DNA of 64,000 nucleotides from Escherichia coli (lineage in GTDB: Bacteria > Pseudomonadota > Gammaproteobacteria > Enterobacterales > Enterobacteriaceae), in assembly GCF_001677475.2 (NCBI RefSeq), contig NZ_CP012497.1. The stretch is one strand, 5' to 3'. Under the pieces are notes generated by a model, which was not told the DNA's origin, searched no databases, and saw nothing but the letters and a program-made list of their open reading frames with translations. Each line of letters opens with the position of its first letter. Positions within the stretch are counted from its first letter, which is position 1. Positions 20,407 to 30,698 of this stretch are shown piece by piece. The position numbers and the translations under genes were made by a program.

Positions 20407-20768
20407 CACTATCAGCTATTGAGTTAATGGACCTCAGCGACAAGTTGGATTCTCTGATGTCCAAAGCTGCTACCGCGAGTGGCATGGAGTTGCTGGATAT
20501 CAGCGATGAAATTGACCAGATCATGCAACAGATGGGGTACGGCGCGTCCGGCGGTGGTAGTGGCGAGGAAAAACAACCTTCGGAACATGATGGTGTGCCA
20601 AAACTGGTTGCTGATTTCCTGGCTGATAAATTCGTCGATCAGAGCACAGATGCATTTATCGGTACCTTGCAGGACTTGAGTCAATATGTTGGCACATACA
20701 TCGACCTGGACCAGGTTAAACAGCACACGGCGGCATGGATAGCCGCCAACATTGAAGAGGCAGCATAA
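20403..20768 (+). CDS. Small acidic protein (ddrA region)
   Basis: 121 aa, 4-bp overlap with the upstream ORF. Confidence 0.3.
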   Translation: MTLSAIELMDLSDKLDSLMSKAATASGMELLDISDEIDQIMQQMGYGASGGGSGEEKQPSEHDGVPKLVADFLADKFVDQSTDAFIGTLQDLSQYVGTYIDLDQVKQHTAAWIAANIEEAA

Positions 20769-20780
20769 GGCGTAACAGGG

Positions 20781-22997
20781 ATGAGCTTAAGCGATCAGGT
20801 GGTAATTGCCACCAGCATAGAAACGCTGATCGAGCTGCTTAAGAACCTGCCCGATTATGGGCGGGTTTCGTATGTGGTGACAGCGAAGGGAGACGAGGTA
20901 AAAACAGCGTTTGATATCGTCGATGCCTCAGCTCTTTTGGTATCCAATACTCTGGATGGGAAAATTAATCCTGACTATCCCCAGGAACTTCAGCCGCGCG
21001 ACCGGACCCGCGCATCCAGCCTTCTTCAGGTTAACCAGATATCCAAAGATTTGCGGCCTGCTCAGCTTACCGATTCCGGTTTATCCAGCCATGGCGCGCC
21101 GATAATTGGTGAGGACAATGCCGTTGAGTCAGGTAATGGACGGACCATGGGAATCATTAAAGCCTATCAGGACGGCAATGCGGATCGGTATCGTGAGTAC
21201 CTGATTGAACATGCGACCGAATTCGGCATACGACCTGAAAAGGTTGAATCAATGACGGCTCCTGTATTGGTGCGCCGCCGGTTAACTAAGGTTGACCGCG
21301 TTCAGTTTGCCAAGGACTCAAATATTTCTGATCTTCAGGAAATGGCAGCCAGTGAAAAGGCTTTTGTTGATGCCGACAGCATAACACCGGCGATGATGGC
21401 GCTGTTTAATCCGTCAGAAAGCGGAGATCTGCTTAGCCGCAGTAATGACGCGTTTATTCGCGGATTCATGACGCAAGTTGGTGCCACACAGGCTGCTGGC
21501 CTTGTAACGGAAGATGGGCGACCAACGCGGCAACTTGTTGACCGTATACAAAACGCGATCTTTGCCAAGGCATATAAGGATGCGCGCCTGGTAAGGATGG
21601 TTGCAGAAGAACCTGATCCGGATATGCGTAATGTTCTGACGGCGCTTAATGCGGCAGCCAATGATTTTGTCCAGATGCAGGCTTTATCAGGAGAAGCGCA
21701 CAAGCAGGCTGTGACAACTATTGTTGATGGCATTGAGACAGCGGATAGCCTCGATAAAAAGGCGCTGGCGGCATTGAAAGATGCGGTAGACCTGGTAAGG
21801 CAATCGAAGGAGTCAGGCCAGCATATTACCGATGTTATTGCTCAGGGGGATATGTTCAGCGAAACGGCCCCGGAAGTGAAAGCACTCGCGTTGTTCATCG
21901 TCGCGAATAACCGTAGCGCGAAGCGTATGGCCACCGCCTTTAAGTTGATGGCTCAACGTATCAATGATGAGTTACAGCACCAGGGCCAGGCGCTGGGGGA
22001 TATGTTTGGCGGCGGCGATGTGTCGTTACAGGATATCCTTCGCCAGGTGTCTCAGGAACTGGAAAACGAAGGCATGCAAGGGATATCCGGCGGTCTTTTC
22101 GAGTCCGTTTCCGGCGGTAGTTACAACGGTGTTGCTCCATATACCAGCTTGCTATTACATCGGGCATCCGGCATCAAAGACATTATTCATCTGATCAGGC
22201 TGCTTTCCCGTACAGATCCCCAGGATGAACAGCTTGTACAAGTGCTTGCGCATTTTGTTCGAATGCCTGTTGCCGACGTGAATAAATGGTGCCGATTATT
22301 CGGTATCAGCAATTCGTTACTTCGCGGATTGTTAAATCACGCATCCTCCCTTGGGCGCGACGGCTTTGATGAGATAGCGCAGGCGATACAAAACGGAGAT
22401 ATGCCACCAGCTATTGACTGGTTTTCCATTCGCCCAACCAGGGTGAAAGCATTCCTTAGCGCGGCGCATTCGGCATCACCATTGGCAGAAATGGTTCAGA
22501 GGTTGTCGCTCATATTCACAGACCATACCGCGTTGGGTGATCTGACTCTGGACGAGATGAAAGAAGCCTCCATTCAGTGGGCCGATCAACAAAATGAGGT
22601 TAACTCAGACTTCTTGCCAGCATTCAGGAAGGCCGTTAGTAAAGCGGATGATTCCCGTGGAATTCTGAAGGCATTTAAGGCATTGCAAAGTCGGGTTAAT
22701 AAACATGTCGGTGATATCGATGGGGTAACGGCGGAAGGCAGGGATATTCTTAAAGAGCACGGCATAACGCCAGAGTTTATTGATGAGATCAGGACGGATA
22801 TGCAGCGTGAGGTCGTATCGTCCCTGCAAATTGTAGCCAGAGCGTTGGCGGATGCTAATCCGAAGAGTGCGGCCATTGTTAACCGGGTTATTGGTGATAT
22901 TGAAGCATCGGAGGGCATGGGGGCGCTGAAACTCTTCCTTTCGCGAGCGTTTAATCCTAACGGCAATATTCTCCCTGGCATTATTGGTGAGGTATGA
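20781..22997 (+). pseudogene. ddrB: ddrB-like gene, 5' part, interrupted by IS insertion
   Basis: 738 codons ending ...ILPGIIGEV followed by a stop inside the IS; the reading frame resumes exactly after the IS. Confidence 0.55.
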
Positions 22998-23085
22998 GAC
23001 GACAATAACTCAGTCCGCCTGGCGCCGATTATTCTGGCCGGTTTTGTAACCTGAGTGTCATTTACATGATCCAACAGGAAATGGC

Positions 23086-24585
23086 GTGACGCTCAATACT
23101 TCTCAGGTCAGTTACTATATGACTCAGCGTAAGAAAGGTATAACTCAGCATATCTCGGCCATGAAGGCTGGTATCTCAGTCCGTTCTGGTCGTCGGATCG
23201 AAAAAGGAGAGTGGGCAAAAAACAGTGTTCGGCACTGGCGCACACGCAAAGATCCTCTGGAAGCTGTGTGGGACAGCATGCTTGTTCCTCTGTTGAAAGA
23301 GAGGCCGGCTCTGACACCAACAACTCTACTGGAGATGCTACAGGATAAATATCCCGGCCAGTACCCCAACAGCCTTCGAAGAACAATGCAACGGCGGGTT
23401 CGCGAATGGAAACTACAGTATGGTACAGAGCAGGAGGTCATGTTCCGCCAGCAACATCAGCCCGGCCTGCGAGGCCTGTCGGACTTTACTGAACTGAAAG
23501 GTGTAGTTGTCACCATCGCCGGTAAGTTGTTGGCGCATAAGTTGTATCACTTCCGTCTGGAATGGAGCCACTGGAGCTGGATGCGGGTTGTTCTGGGTGG
23601 TGAGAGCTTCTCTGCTCTGGCTGAAGGCCTGCAGGAAGCCCTCGGACAACTGGGCGGAGTGCCGGTAGAACATAAAACGGACAGCCTGAGGGCAGCATGG
23701 AAACAACAGGGCGAAGATGGACGCCGCGAGCTGACTGAGCGTTATGCTACTCTCTGTCAGCACTACGGAATGCAGGGCGTACACAATAATGCCGGTCGGG
23801 GCCACGAAAATGGCTCGGTTGAAAGTGCCCACGGACATCTGAAAAGGCGTATCTGTCAGGCGCTGATACTGCGGGGCAGTAACGACTTCAGCACCATAGA
23901 AGAATATCAGGCCTTCATCACTCAGCAGGTTATGCGGCACAACCGTAACAATCAGGATCTGGTCAAGGAAGAACGTCTTCATCTGAAACCGCTGCCGCTT
24001 CGTCGCAGTGCTGACTATGATGAGCTGACTGTGAGGGTTAGTCGCAGCAGTACCATCAATGTGAAGCACGTCGTCTACAGCGTACCTTCCCGGCTTGTAG
24101 GTCAACTGTTACGGGTCAGGTTATGGGACGATCGTCTGAGCTGTTACGTTGGCAGCAGCGAGGTCATGAGCTGCCCTCGCGTCAGACCAGAAAAAGGGAA
24201 GACGCGGGCCCGTCGTATCGACTTCCGACATGTGATCGACAGTCTGGCAAAAAAGCCCGGTGCGTTCTGCCATGCAACGCTGAGAAATGACATCCTGCCG
24301 GACGATGAATGGCGGAGGCTGTGGCGTCGCTTATGTAATCATCTGGAGCCCGATATGGCAGGAAGGCTGATGGTACATGCCCTGAAACTGGCTGCAGGAT
24401 ACGACGATATCTCAGTCGTGGCAAAAGGTATGGAGCAGATGCTGAATACCCCGGGAAACGTGGATCTGCACCGGCTGATGCGCTTCCTGGGTATAAAAGA
24501 AAAGGCGTTGCCGGTAGTCAATGTGATACAGCATAACCTGAGCAGTTATGAGCAACTACTGCGTGGCAAGGGAGGTTCGCAGTGA
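23086..24585 (+). CDS. istA: IS21-family transposase IstA
   Basis: 499 aa; N-terminal HTH and integrase-core-like region; followed by overlapping istB. Confidence 0.85.
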   Translation: MTLNTSQVSYYMTQRKKGITQHISAMKAGISVRSGRRIEKGEWAKNSVRHWRTRKDPLEAVWDSMLVPLLKERPALTPTTLLEMLQDKYPGQYPNSLRRTMQRRVREWKLQYGTEQEVMFRQQHQPGLRGLSDFTELKGVVVTIAGKLLAHKLYHFRLEWSHWSWMRVVLGGESFSALAEGLQEALGQLGGVPVEHKTDSLRAAWKQQGEDGRRELTERYATLCQHYGMQGVHNNAGRGHENGSVESAHGHLKRRICQALILRGSNDFSTIEEYQAFITQQVMRHNRNNQDLVKEERLHLKPLPLRRSADYDELTVRVSRSSTINVKHVVYSVPSRLVGQLLRVRLWDDRLSCYVGSSEVMSCPRVRPEKGKTRARRIDFRHVIDSLAKKPGAFCHATLRNDILPDDEWRRLWRRLCNHLEPDMAGRLMVHALKLAAGYDDISVVAKGMEQMLNTPGNVDLHRLMRFLGIKEKALPVVNVIQHNLSSYEQLLRGKGGSQ

Positions 24586-25337
24586 GCAATATCCATCACC
24601 TTGAACATAGCCTGCGTAAACTACGCCTGACACGAGTTGGAGCTGAATGGCACGCTCTGGAAAAACGAGCGCTGGCAGAAGGCTGGACACCATCGCGCTA
24701 TCTTCTGACGCTATGCAATGAAGAACTCCTGTGGCGCGAGAGTGAAAAACTGCGTCGTTATAAAAAGGAGGCCCGGTTGCCAGTTGCCAAAACGCTGAGC
24801 GAATACGACTTCAGTCAGGTGCCGGAACTGAATGGAGCTCAGTTCCGGCAACTCTGTGAAACGACAGACTGGGTTGATGCAGGAGAAAACGTTCTGCTGT
24901 TCGGAGCCAGCGGGTTGGGGAAAAGCCATCTGGCGGCAGCGATCGTGGATGGCGTAGTAGGTCAGGGCTACCGGGCCCGGTTCTACAGCGCAGGAGAGCT
25001 GTTGCAGGAACTACGTAAAGCCAGAGCTCAGTTGAAACTGAATGAGCTGCTACTGAAACTGGATCGCTACCGGGTGATAGTGGTGGATGATCTTGGCTAT
25101 GTCAAACGCGATAGTGCCGAAACGGGTGTGCTGTTCGAGTTAATAGCGCATCGCTATGAACGTGGGAGCCTGGTGATAACCAGTAACCATCCGTTCAGCA
25201 TGTGGGGCAGCATCTTCGTGGATGAGACTATGGCGGTGGCTGCGGCAGACAGGCTGATCCATCACGGATATATGTTCGAACTGAAAGGGGAAAGCTACAG
25301 GAAAAAGACAGCGAAGGCAGTAACAAGCGCGACTTGA
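24582..25337 (+). CDS. istB: IS21-family ATP-binding helper IstB
   Basis: 251 aa; Walker A GASGLGKSHLAAA and Walker B VIVVDDLGY. Confidence 0.85.
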   Translation: MSNIHHLEHSLRKLRLTRVGAEWHALEKRALAEGWTPSRYLLTLCNEELLWRESEKLRRYKKEARLPVAKTLSEYDFSQVPELNGAQFRQLCETTDWVDAGENVLLFGASGLGKSHLAAAIVDGVVGQGYRARFYSAGELLQELRKARAQLKLNELLLKLDRYRVIVVDDLGYVKRDSAETGVLFELIAHRYERGSLVITSNHPFSMWGSIFVDETMAVAAADRLIHHGYMFELKGESYRKKTAKAVTSAT

Positions 25338-25389
25338 TGTCGCCCTGAAGGGTGCGGCCAGTATAGTTGGCGCGAGTCGGCAAAACTAG

Positions 25390-26184
25390 TTGACGTCTAA
25401 TAGTGAGGCTAAAAAGTATGTCAGTGAAGAAGAACTTGAGCAGCTTGACCAACTACTTAAGCGATTCTCATATAACCCGCAGACACGCTGGCAAATGAAT
25501 CAGCGAAGTATGGGTTCGGTCCACGAGAAAGTGTTATCTGCCATGAACAGTGCGATCGCAAACTCATCCGTATCTGAAGAAAAAGCTCTTGAGTGGGCCG
25601 ACTCTTTTATCACAGAAGAAGTGGAAGAAGCCCGCGCTGGACAGAATGGTGGGATAGACCTGCGCAAGGAACTTGCTGATATTTATCGCCTGACCGGCGG
25701 GAAAATATCGACCTTATCAAAGGTAGTTCACCACCAGGGAAGGGCATATGCAAATCTAAATGGTGTTGTTGCTGTCAATTTGAACGATGAAAATGCAAGT
25801 GCACTGTGGCACGAGCTGGGTCATCATCTTGAGTACAGTAACCCTGGTTTGTTAGAGAAAGCCCGGTCATTCCTGAAGGCCAATGTTGAAGGGGATAAGC
25901 CATCTTTCGTCAATATCGGTGGGCGTGGCAAGCCTGAATGGTGCTTCAGATCTCGATTGAGTAATATTTATATGGCGAAGGTATACCCGCCAGCCTCAGT
26001 AAGTAACACCGGGAAAATTCGGCAGAAATCACCGACTATTTCCAAAACGTCAGCAACGGAAGTATTCTCTATGGCTCTTCAGTTGTATCATGACAAAGAG
26101 GCCGCTGCCGCATCACTGATGAATGGTGACGGATTGCTGGAACTGTTATTAGGTGTGGCAAAGGAGCTAAATAATGCAGATTAA
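25390..26184 (+). pseudogene. ddrB: ddrB-like gene, 3' part
   Basis: Frame continues from the upstream part once the IS and one copy of GTGAGG are removed (...GIIGE|AKKYVSEEELEQ...). Confidence 0.5.
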
Positions 26185-26482
26185 AATCGCAGCGCCATTA
26201 GGTGGAGATGCCATTATCGAATTTGATGATAATGAAGAAGTTTCCGGGCGTTTAAGCATTATCTCCGGTGACATTACCGAGGACATGATCGCTGAAGCCA
26301 TAGCTGGAGCAAATCCCAATAGCTATATGGGATTCGTTAACACCCTTGATGCTCCCGCAAGTGATGTTCTCCGAACGCTGCATCTTTACGCTGGCTGGTT
26401 TGTTGATTGGCCAGCAGTAGATGGTGGCGATGAGGACGACGACGATGATTTTGGTGATCATGTAGACCAGATCGTATATTGA
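26174..26482 (+). CDS. Small acidic protein
   Basis: 102 aa with a Asp/Glu-rich C-terminus (DGGDEDDDDDFGD); last gene of the plus-strand operon. Confidence 0.35.
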   Translation: MQIKIAAPLGGDAIIEFDDNEEVSGRLSIISGDITEDMIAEAIAGANPNSYMGFVNTLDAPASDVLRTLHLYAGWFVDWPAVDGGDEDDDDDFGDHVDQIVY

Positions 26483-26484
26483 AG

Positions 26485-26510
26485 AAATCCCGCCAATCGG
26501 CGGGATTTTT
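26485..26510. terminator. Rho-independent terminator (bidirectional position)
   Basis: AAATCCCGCC-AATC-GGCGGGATTTTT hairpin with T-run between convergent genes. Confidence 0.5.
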
Positions 26511-26513
26511 ACC

Positions 26514-27608
26514 TCACGAGAAGCTTTTTTCTGATGTCAGCCAACAGTGCTCGTGCAAATCTCTTGGTGGTTTTTCGACAAACGCCTCTTCAGCCACATC
26601 CTGCCAGGGGATTTGTTTAGCCCATTCAGTTATAGCGTTATGGTTTGCCGAGAATAACGGTATTGTATAGGCCTTCAGCCAGTCTAATGTGCTGGAGTTG
26701 TGTTTTTGAGCGTGATGTTTCGCATGGTGTTTGGCGATCACGATCGTAGGCACTACCCATTTACTACCGTCAGTCATTGTGAAGTGCATATTACGGGGAA
26801 CAGATGACTTTTCCATCAACTCCCGAATCCCGGGGAATTTCCCCAAGATCAATCGGCGATATTCATCGCTATTGCGTCCACCAAACTCTTTGGCTTTGAA
26901 TTCAAGATATGCTTCAGAAACGAGAGGTGAATCCTCTGTGTTTAGAGTTATCGCCGTGAAAAAACCAGCAGGATTGTTTTTACTATGGGCCAACCGGTGA
27001 TGCGAATCATAAAAGTACCCTTTCTCGCGTTCCGATGGTTTCGACAGCAACAGCAGGCGCGAGTCATAATTGGTTAAATTGCCAGTTATCACTGCATGAG
27101 CGCGATCGCTGATTTCCGCCGAGTTAATAACGATGAAAAGATCGTGCGGTCCAGTAAAACCAGCCAGAGACTCTTCGTTATTCAGACAATAGGTTATATA
27201 GACGCATCCCCATGTTTCACTGATATGCACCAACCCTTTGTCAGGGTGTATTCTGAAATAATTGCCAAGAAAAGGGTGTTTTTGGGTAACTCGCTCCCAA
27301 TAACGGAACATATAGTCAATTATTGTTTTTCGACTATCGTTAATCGCAGGAGAAACAACCACTGTACGGGAACACGAATACAGTATTGTTTGCAGGATGC
27401 TAATCACTGCCACAATAGAGGTTTCCCCAATACCATGTGGTGTGGTGGCAGTGACTTTGGCTCCGGTGTTCTTTATCGCGTTAATAATTTTTGCTTGATG
27501 AGGTGTTAACTCAATATCAAGCAACTCTTTTGCTGCCAGTTCCCAATTGTCTTTATACCGTTCTATCAGTGCTAACCAGGCAGATTCATTCTGTATACGA
27601 TTAATCAC
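26514..27608 (-). CDS. Terminase-large-subunit (PacB) ATPase-domain paralogue with degenerate Walker A/B; no nuclease domain
   Basis: 364 aa; alignable with the PacB N-terminal 250 aa in this window (e.g. GYFYDSHHRLA...FTAITLNTEDSPLV vs [11 protein letters not shown]...[14 protein letters not shown]); Walker A HGIGETS vs PacB HGTGKSD; Walker B VINSAE vs IIDEAS. Confidence 0.6.
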   Translation of the reverse strand: MINRIQNESAWLALIERYKDNWELAAKELLDIELTPHQAKIINAIKNTGAKVTATTPHGIGETSIVAVISILQTILYSCSRTVVVSPAINDSRKTIIDYMFRYWERVTQKHPFLGNYFRIHPDKGLVHISETWGCVYITYCLNNEESLAGFTGPHDLFIVINSAEISDRAHAVITGNLTNYDSRLLLLSKPSEREKGYFYDSHHRLAHSKNNPAGFFTAITLNTEDSPLVSEAYLEFKAKEFGGRNSDEYRRLILGKFPGIRELMEKSSVPRNMHFTMTDGSKWVVPTIVIAKHHAKHHAQKHNSSTLDWLKAYTIPLFSANHNAITEWAKQIPWQDVAEEAFVEKPPRDLHEHCWLTSEKSFS

Positions 27609-28383
27609 TTTCCACCTCTTCCGTGGTGTTTTCTTGCAGTTCTGTTAATGCAGCACGACATAGGTTCCGGGCATTGGCTATAGCCACACTTTTGACTTCA
27701 TCCGTCATCGTGCAGGTAATGTACTGATCGAGTTCTTCAGCGCGGATGATGCTTTTGCCAATCAGAAACTGTATTTGCCATAGCAGATCGGCATCCATAA
27801 TCAGAATTTCTGCCGGGCCTTCAGGGCCAGCCGGGAAGGAAACATAAGACTGTTTGCCCAGGCCGACAACTCGACAACTTGCTTCAAGAATTGCGCGCTT
27901 GAGGTCTGACTTTATAACGGAAACAGGTTGATTTTCACCAGTGATTACGCCGTTGACATGGAAAGGCATGTAGCTTGAAATACGCTCCACTTTCCACACG
28001 CCAGCAAGCGATCCTTCATGCAGCACAATGGGGGTAACCGCGAGTTTCATCTCACCATATAACTGCTGGCAGATAGCTGGATTGCTGAATACATCTAAAG
28101 GCTCACATTCAAACAGCGGCGCAATCTGCATGAGGTCCATCATGGTCATCCCTGGGGTACGAGCAGTAATGAATCTGCGCATACCAGTATCCATTGCGCT
28201 CCAGATTGCTACACCATGCTTTTTGCTCACTTCTTCAGTAAAGCCAAGGTGGCACATGATGGTTTTTTCGATAGCCAGATCAGAGATCGAAACCTTTTCG
28301 CCAGGCACACCATCATTATTGATGGTCACTTCGACACTCTGACCATTACGCAGGCGGTATTGAATTGCTTTAGTATTTTCCAC
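27601..28383 (-). CDS. Hypothetical protein (middle gene of ssb-linked operon)
   Basis: 260 aa; 8-bp overlap with the downstream gene, 6-bp gap from the upstream gene. Confidence 0.45.
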   Translation of the reverse strand: MENTKAIQYRLRNGQSVEVTINNDGVPGEKVSISDLAIEKTIMCHLGFTEEVSKKHGVAIWSAMDTGMRRFITARTPGMTMMDLMQIAPLFECEPLDVFSNPAICQQLYGEMKLAVTPIVLHEGSLAGVWKVERISSYMPFHVNGVITGENQPVSVIKSDLKRAILEASCRVVGLGKQSYVSFPAGPEGPAEILIMDADLLWQIQFLIGKSIIRAEELDQYITCTMTDEVKSVAIANARNLCRAALTELQENTTEEVESD

Positions 28384-28389
28384 GTTAAA

Positions 28390-29118
28390 TCACTCCACTA
28401 CAAACCAGTCACATGCCAGTAAATCATCCACAGACGGCAACCAAACGCTGTCCATATTTTGTGCATCTTTCAATACAAAATGGTCACCATAAGGAACGTG
28501 AATGCCGTGTAAATTGACGCTTCCAGCGAGAACTAACCAGCAGAATTGCTTTTCGCCTTTCCACTCGCGTCGGGCAACTTTCTTGCCTTCCTTCAACCAC
28601 ATTAGCGCGTCAGAGAAGTCGGCTGCTTCAAGGTCGATTTCTTCTTGTGTGGTAATGATGCCACCGGCAGCAATAGTTACGTCCCTGGCTGTAATGAATG
28701 TCACCCCATTGTGACCTTCAATGCTAAGCGATACCTCATTTTCGAAGAAGTCGTTAGTCCGACTAAAGCCTTCTTCAAATGTTTTTTCTGGTGAATAGGA
28801 CAGATAACCGTCCTCATAACCGAGCAGATAGCCGCCAGTATCTGGTCGGTGTTTTTGCAAAAACGCTGCATCAACACGAACCGTTACGCCTTGGGGGTCC
28901 ATTAATGTGATATAGCCACAAGCAGGGGTATTATCAATCAATGAGATAATCTCGATATCTTTGATTTTCGATGCACTAACGATTTTGTGAGCTTTGTATT
29001 TGGGAAGGAACTTAAAAAGCTCTTTCGTTGCCATTTTATTCATAGTCTTTTCTCTGCTTAAAATTTGATGTATTGCGCCTTCAGGTGGGGAGGAATGTTT
29101 TCCCACCAGCGAAAGCAA
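28390..29118 (-). CDS. Hypothetical protein with C-terminal DUF2829-like (Tad2-like) motif
   Basis: C-terminus [25 protein letters not shown]...[18 protein letters not shown] resembles the DUF2829 signature as I recall it; true start probably an internal Met (MNKMATKEL) near 29040. Confidence 0.4.
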   Translation of the reverse strand: MLSLVGKHSSPPEGAIHQILSREKTMNKMATKELFKFLPKYKAHKIVSASKIKDIEIISLIDNTPACGYITLMDPQGVTVRVDAAFLQKHRPDTGGYLLGYEDGYLSYSPEKTFEEGFSRTNDFFENEVSLSIEGHNGVTFITARDVTIAAGGIITTQEEIDLEAADFSDALMWLKEGKKVARREWKGEKQFCWLVLAGSVNLHGIHVPYGDHFVLKDAQNMDSVWLPSVDDLLACDWFVVE

Positions 29119-29713
29119 TGCCTCGGGGTGTTCTTTTCGTGAAAAGCGCGTGCCATTGCCAGCTTTGGCGTTTTTTAGCGAGTTCGTGCTTTTGTCGGCG
29201 TCTGGACCACCGCTTTTCTTTCAGTCGTTTTTGAATATCGTCGTCAAAGTCCATTGGAGGTTCGTTATTGGCGTTGCTCTGAGGTTTACCGCCACCACTG
29301 TATTGCTGGTGGTTTTGAGGTTGGTTTGATTGCCCCCAGCCATTTGAGGACTGTGAATCGTCACGGCGAGCGCCGATCATTTGCATGGTGCCGCCCTGGC
29401 TGACGATAATTTCCGTCGTGTAACGTTCTACACCGGCGTCATCTGTCCACTTACGGGTTTTAAGTTTCCCTTCGATGTAGACCTGAGAACCTTTTCGTAA
29501 ATACTCACTCGCAATTTCAGCAAGTTTTCCGAACAAAACGACTTTATGCCATTCTGTTTGCTCTTTCTGTTGGTCCGTTTGCTTGTCGCGCCATGATTCA
29601 TTCGTTGCGATGCTGAGTCTTCCGACCGCGCCGCCATTTGGTATATACCTGATCTCCGGGTCTTGCCCCAGGGTACCAATCAGGATGACTTTGTTTACAC
29701 CGCGTTGTGCCAC
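29081..29713 (-). CDS. ssb: Single-stranded DNA-binding protein; annotated ORF has an unusual C-terminal extension
   Basis: OB-fold N-terminus [23 protein letters not shown]..., Gly/Gln-rich linker, acidic tip PPMDFDDDI at residues 152-160; the canonical IPF ending is absent and the frame runs 50 more codons. Confidence 0.8.
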   Translation of the reverse strand: MAQRGVNKVILIGTLGQDPEIRYIPNGGAVGRLSIATNESWRDKQTDQQKEQTEWHKVVLFGKLAEIASEYLRKGSQVYIEGKLKTRKWTDDAGVERYTTEIIVSQGGTMQMIGARRDDSQSSNGWGQSNQPQNHQQYSGGGKPQSNANNEPPMDFDDDIQKRLKEKRWSRRRQKHELAKKRQSWQWHALFTKRTPRGIAFAGGKTFLPT

Positions 29714-29732
29714 TTATCTTACCTAATAAAAT

Positions 29733-29749
29733 AAATTAATTAGAGCAAT
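29733..29749. promoter_or_regulatory. C1 operator-like site upstream of ssb
   Basis: Reverse complement ATTGCTCTAATTAATTT vs P1 C1 operator consensus ATTGCTCTAATAAATTT. Confidence 0.5.
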
Positions 29750-29882
29750 AATGTATATCTTTGAAACGTAGCTAACAAGTGATTTGCATTATCCTGTACC
29801 TTCTAAAGGGATCGAGTCAGTCGGTATTGGCTGTGAATGGGTGTTTGTCCTGGAGCGTAAAAAATTCGCTTATGAGGTCTTT

Positions 29883-30440
29883 ATGAAGGGAAAAACAGCC
29901 GCAGGAGGCGGTGCAATTTGCGCTATCGCGGTGATGATTACCATCGTGATGGGTAATGGCAATGTGCGAACCAACCAGGCGGGGCTTGAGCTTATCGGAA
30001 ACGCTGAAGGTTGCCGACGTGATCCATACATGTGCCCGGCGGGGGTATGGACTGACGGGATCGGTAATACACACGGGGTAACGCCGGGTGTGCGAAAAAC
30101 AGACCAGCAAATCGCCGCTGATTGGGAAAAGAATATCCTGATCGCTGAACGCTGTATTAATCAGCACTTCCGGGGCAAAGACATGCCCGATAATGCCTTC
30201 AGTGCAATGACAAGCGCGGCATTCAATATGGGATGCAATAGCTTACGGACCTACTACAGCAAAGCGCGAGGCATGCGAGTTGAAACGTCCATCCACAAGT
30301 GGGCGCAGAAAGGGGAATGGGTGAATATGTGTAACCATCTCCCTGATTTCGTGAACAGTAACGGCGTGCCCCTGCGAGGTTTAAAGATTCGCCGTGAAAA
30401 AGAACGCCAGCTTTGCCTGACGGGACTGGTCAATGAATAA
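29883..30440 (+). CDS. lyz: SAR endolysin Lyz (T4-lysozyme family)
   Basis: 185 aa from internal Met MKGKTAAGGGAICAIAVMITIVMGNGN (SAR-type N-terminal membrane segment); the ORF-track start at 29784 is an upstream extension. Confidence 0.85.
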   Translation: MKGKTAAGGGAICAIAVMITIVMGNGNVRTNQAGLELIGNAEGCRRDPYMCPAGVWTDGIGNTHGVTPGVRKTDQQIAADWEKNILIAERCINQHFRGKDMPDNAFSAMTSAAFNMGCNSLRTYYSKARGMRVETSIHKWAQKGEWVNMCNHLPDFVNSNGVPLRGLKIRREKERQLCLTGLVNE

Positions 30441-30687
30441 ACTCCGGCAGCTCCGCCGACTTTCGACAATGAAGTTATCGCTGGCGGCGATAGTTTTTGA
30501 CTCGATTTTCATGGCGGTATATGTGCTCAATGAGACGTGGCCACTGGAACCGCTATTGTATGCCGGGCTTCGGCTGTGCCTGACATTTTTGAGCATGGCT
30601 GCGAGATTGATGCAGCAGAAAGAAACTGCTTCAGATTGTCCACGCCGCGCGGTGCGCAAATATATGGCACGCAGGCGAAGGAGATAA
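30433..30687 (+). CDS. Small membrane protein downstream of lyz
   Basis: 84 aa, two hydrophobic segments, Arg-rich C-terminus; overlaps the lyz stop; followed by a terminator. Confidence 0.3.
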   Translation: MNKLRQLRRLSTMKLSLAAIVFDSIFMAVYVLNETWPLEPLLYAGLRLCLTFLSMAARLMQQKETASDCPRRAVRKYMARRRRR

Positions 30688-30698
30688 TAGTTAACGAG

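Larger units (their letters stand above)
22993..25402. mobile_element. IS21-family insertion sequence (about 2.4 kb) with imperfect terminal inverted repeats and a 6-bp direct repeat (GTGAGG)
   Basis: istA-istB gene pair; about 49-bp terminal inverted repeats (34/49 matches); GTGAGG at 22987-22992 and 25403-25408. Confidence 0.8.

Noticed and set aside
29784-29882. N-terminal extension of lyz from the ORF-track start
   Set aside because: A Met with RBS at 29883 begins the SAR domain (MKGKTAAGGG...); the upstream codons are an artefact of taking the first in-frame start.
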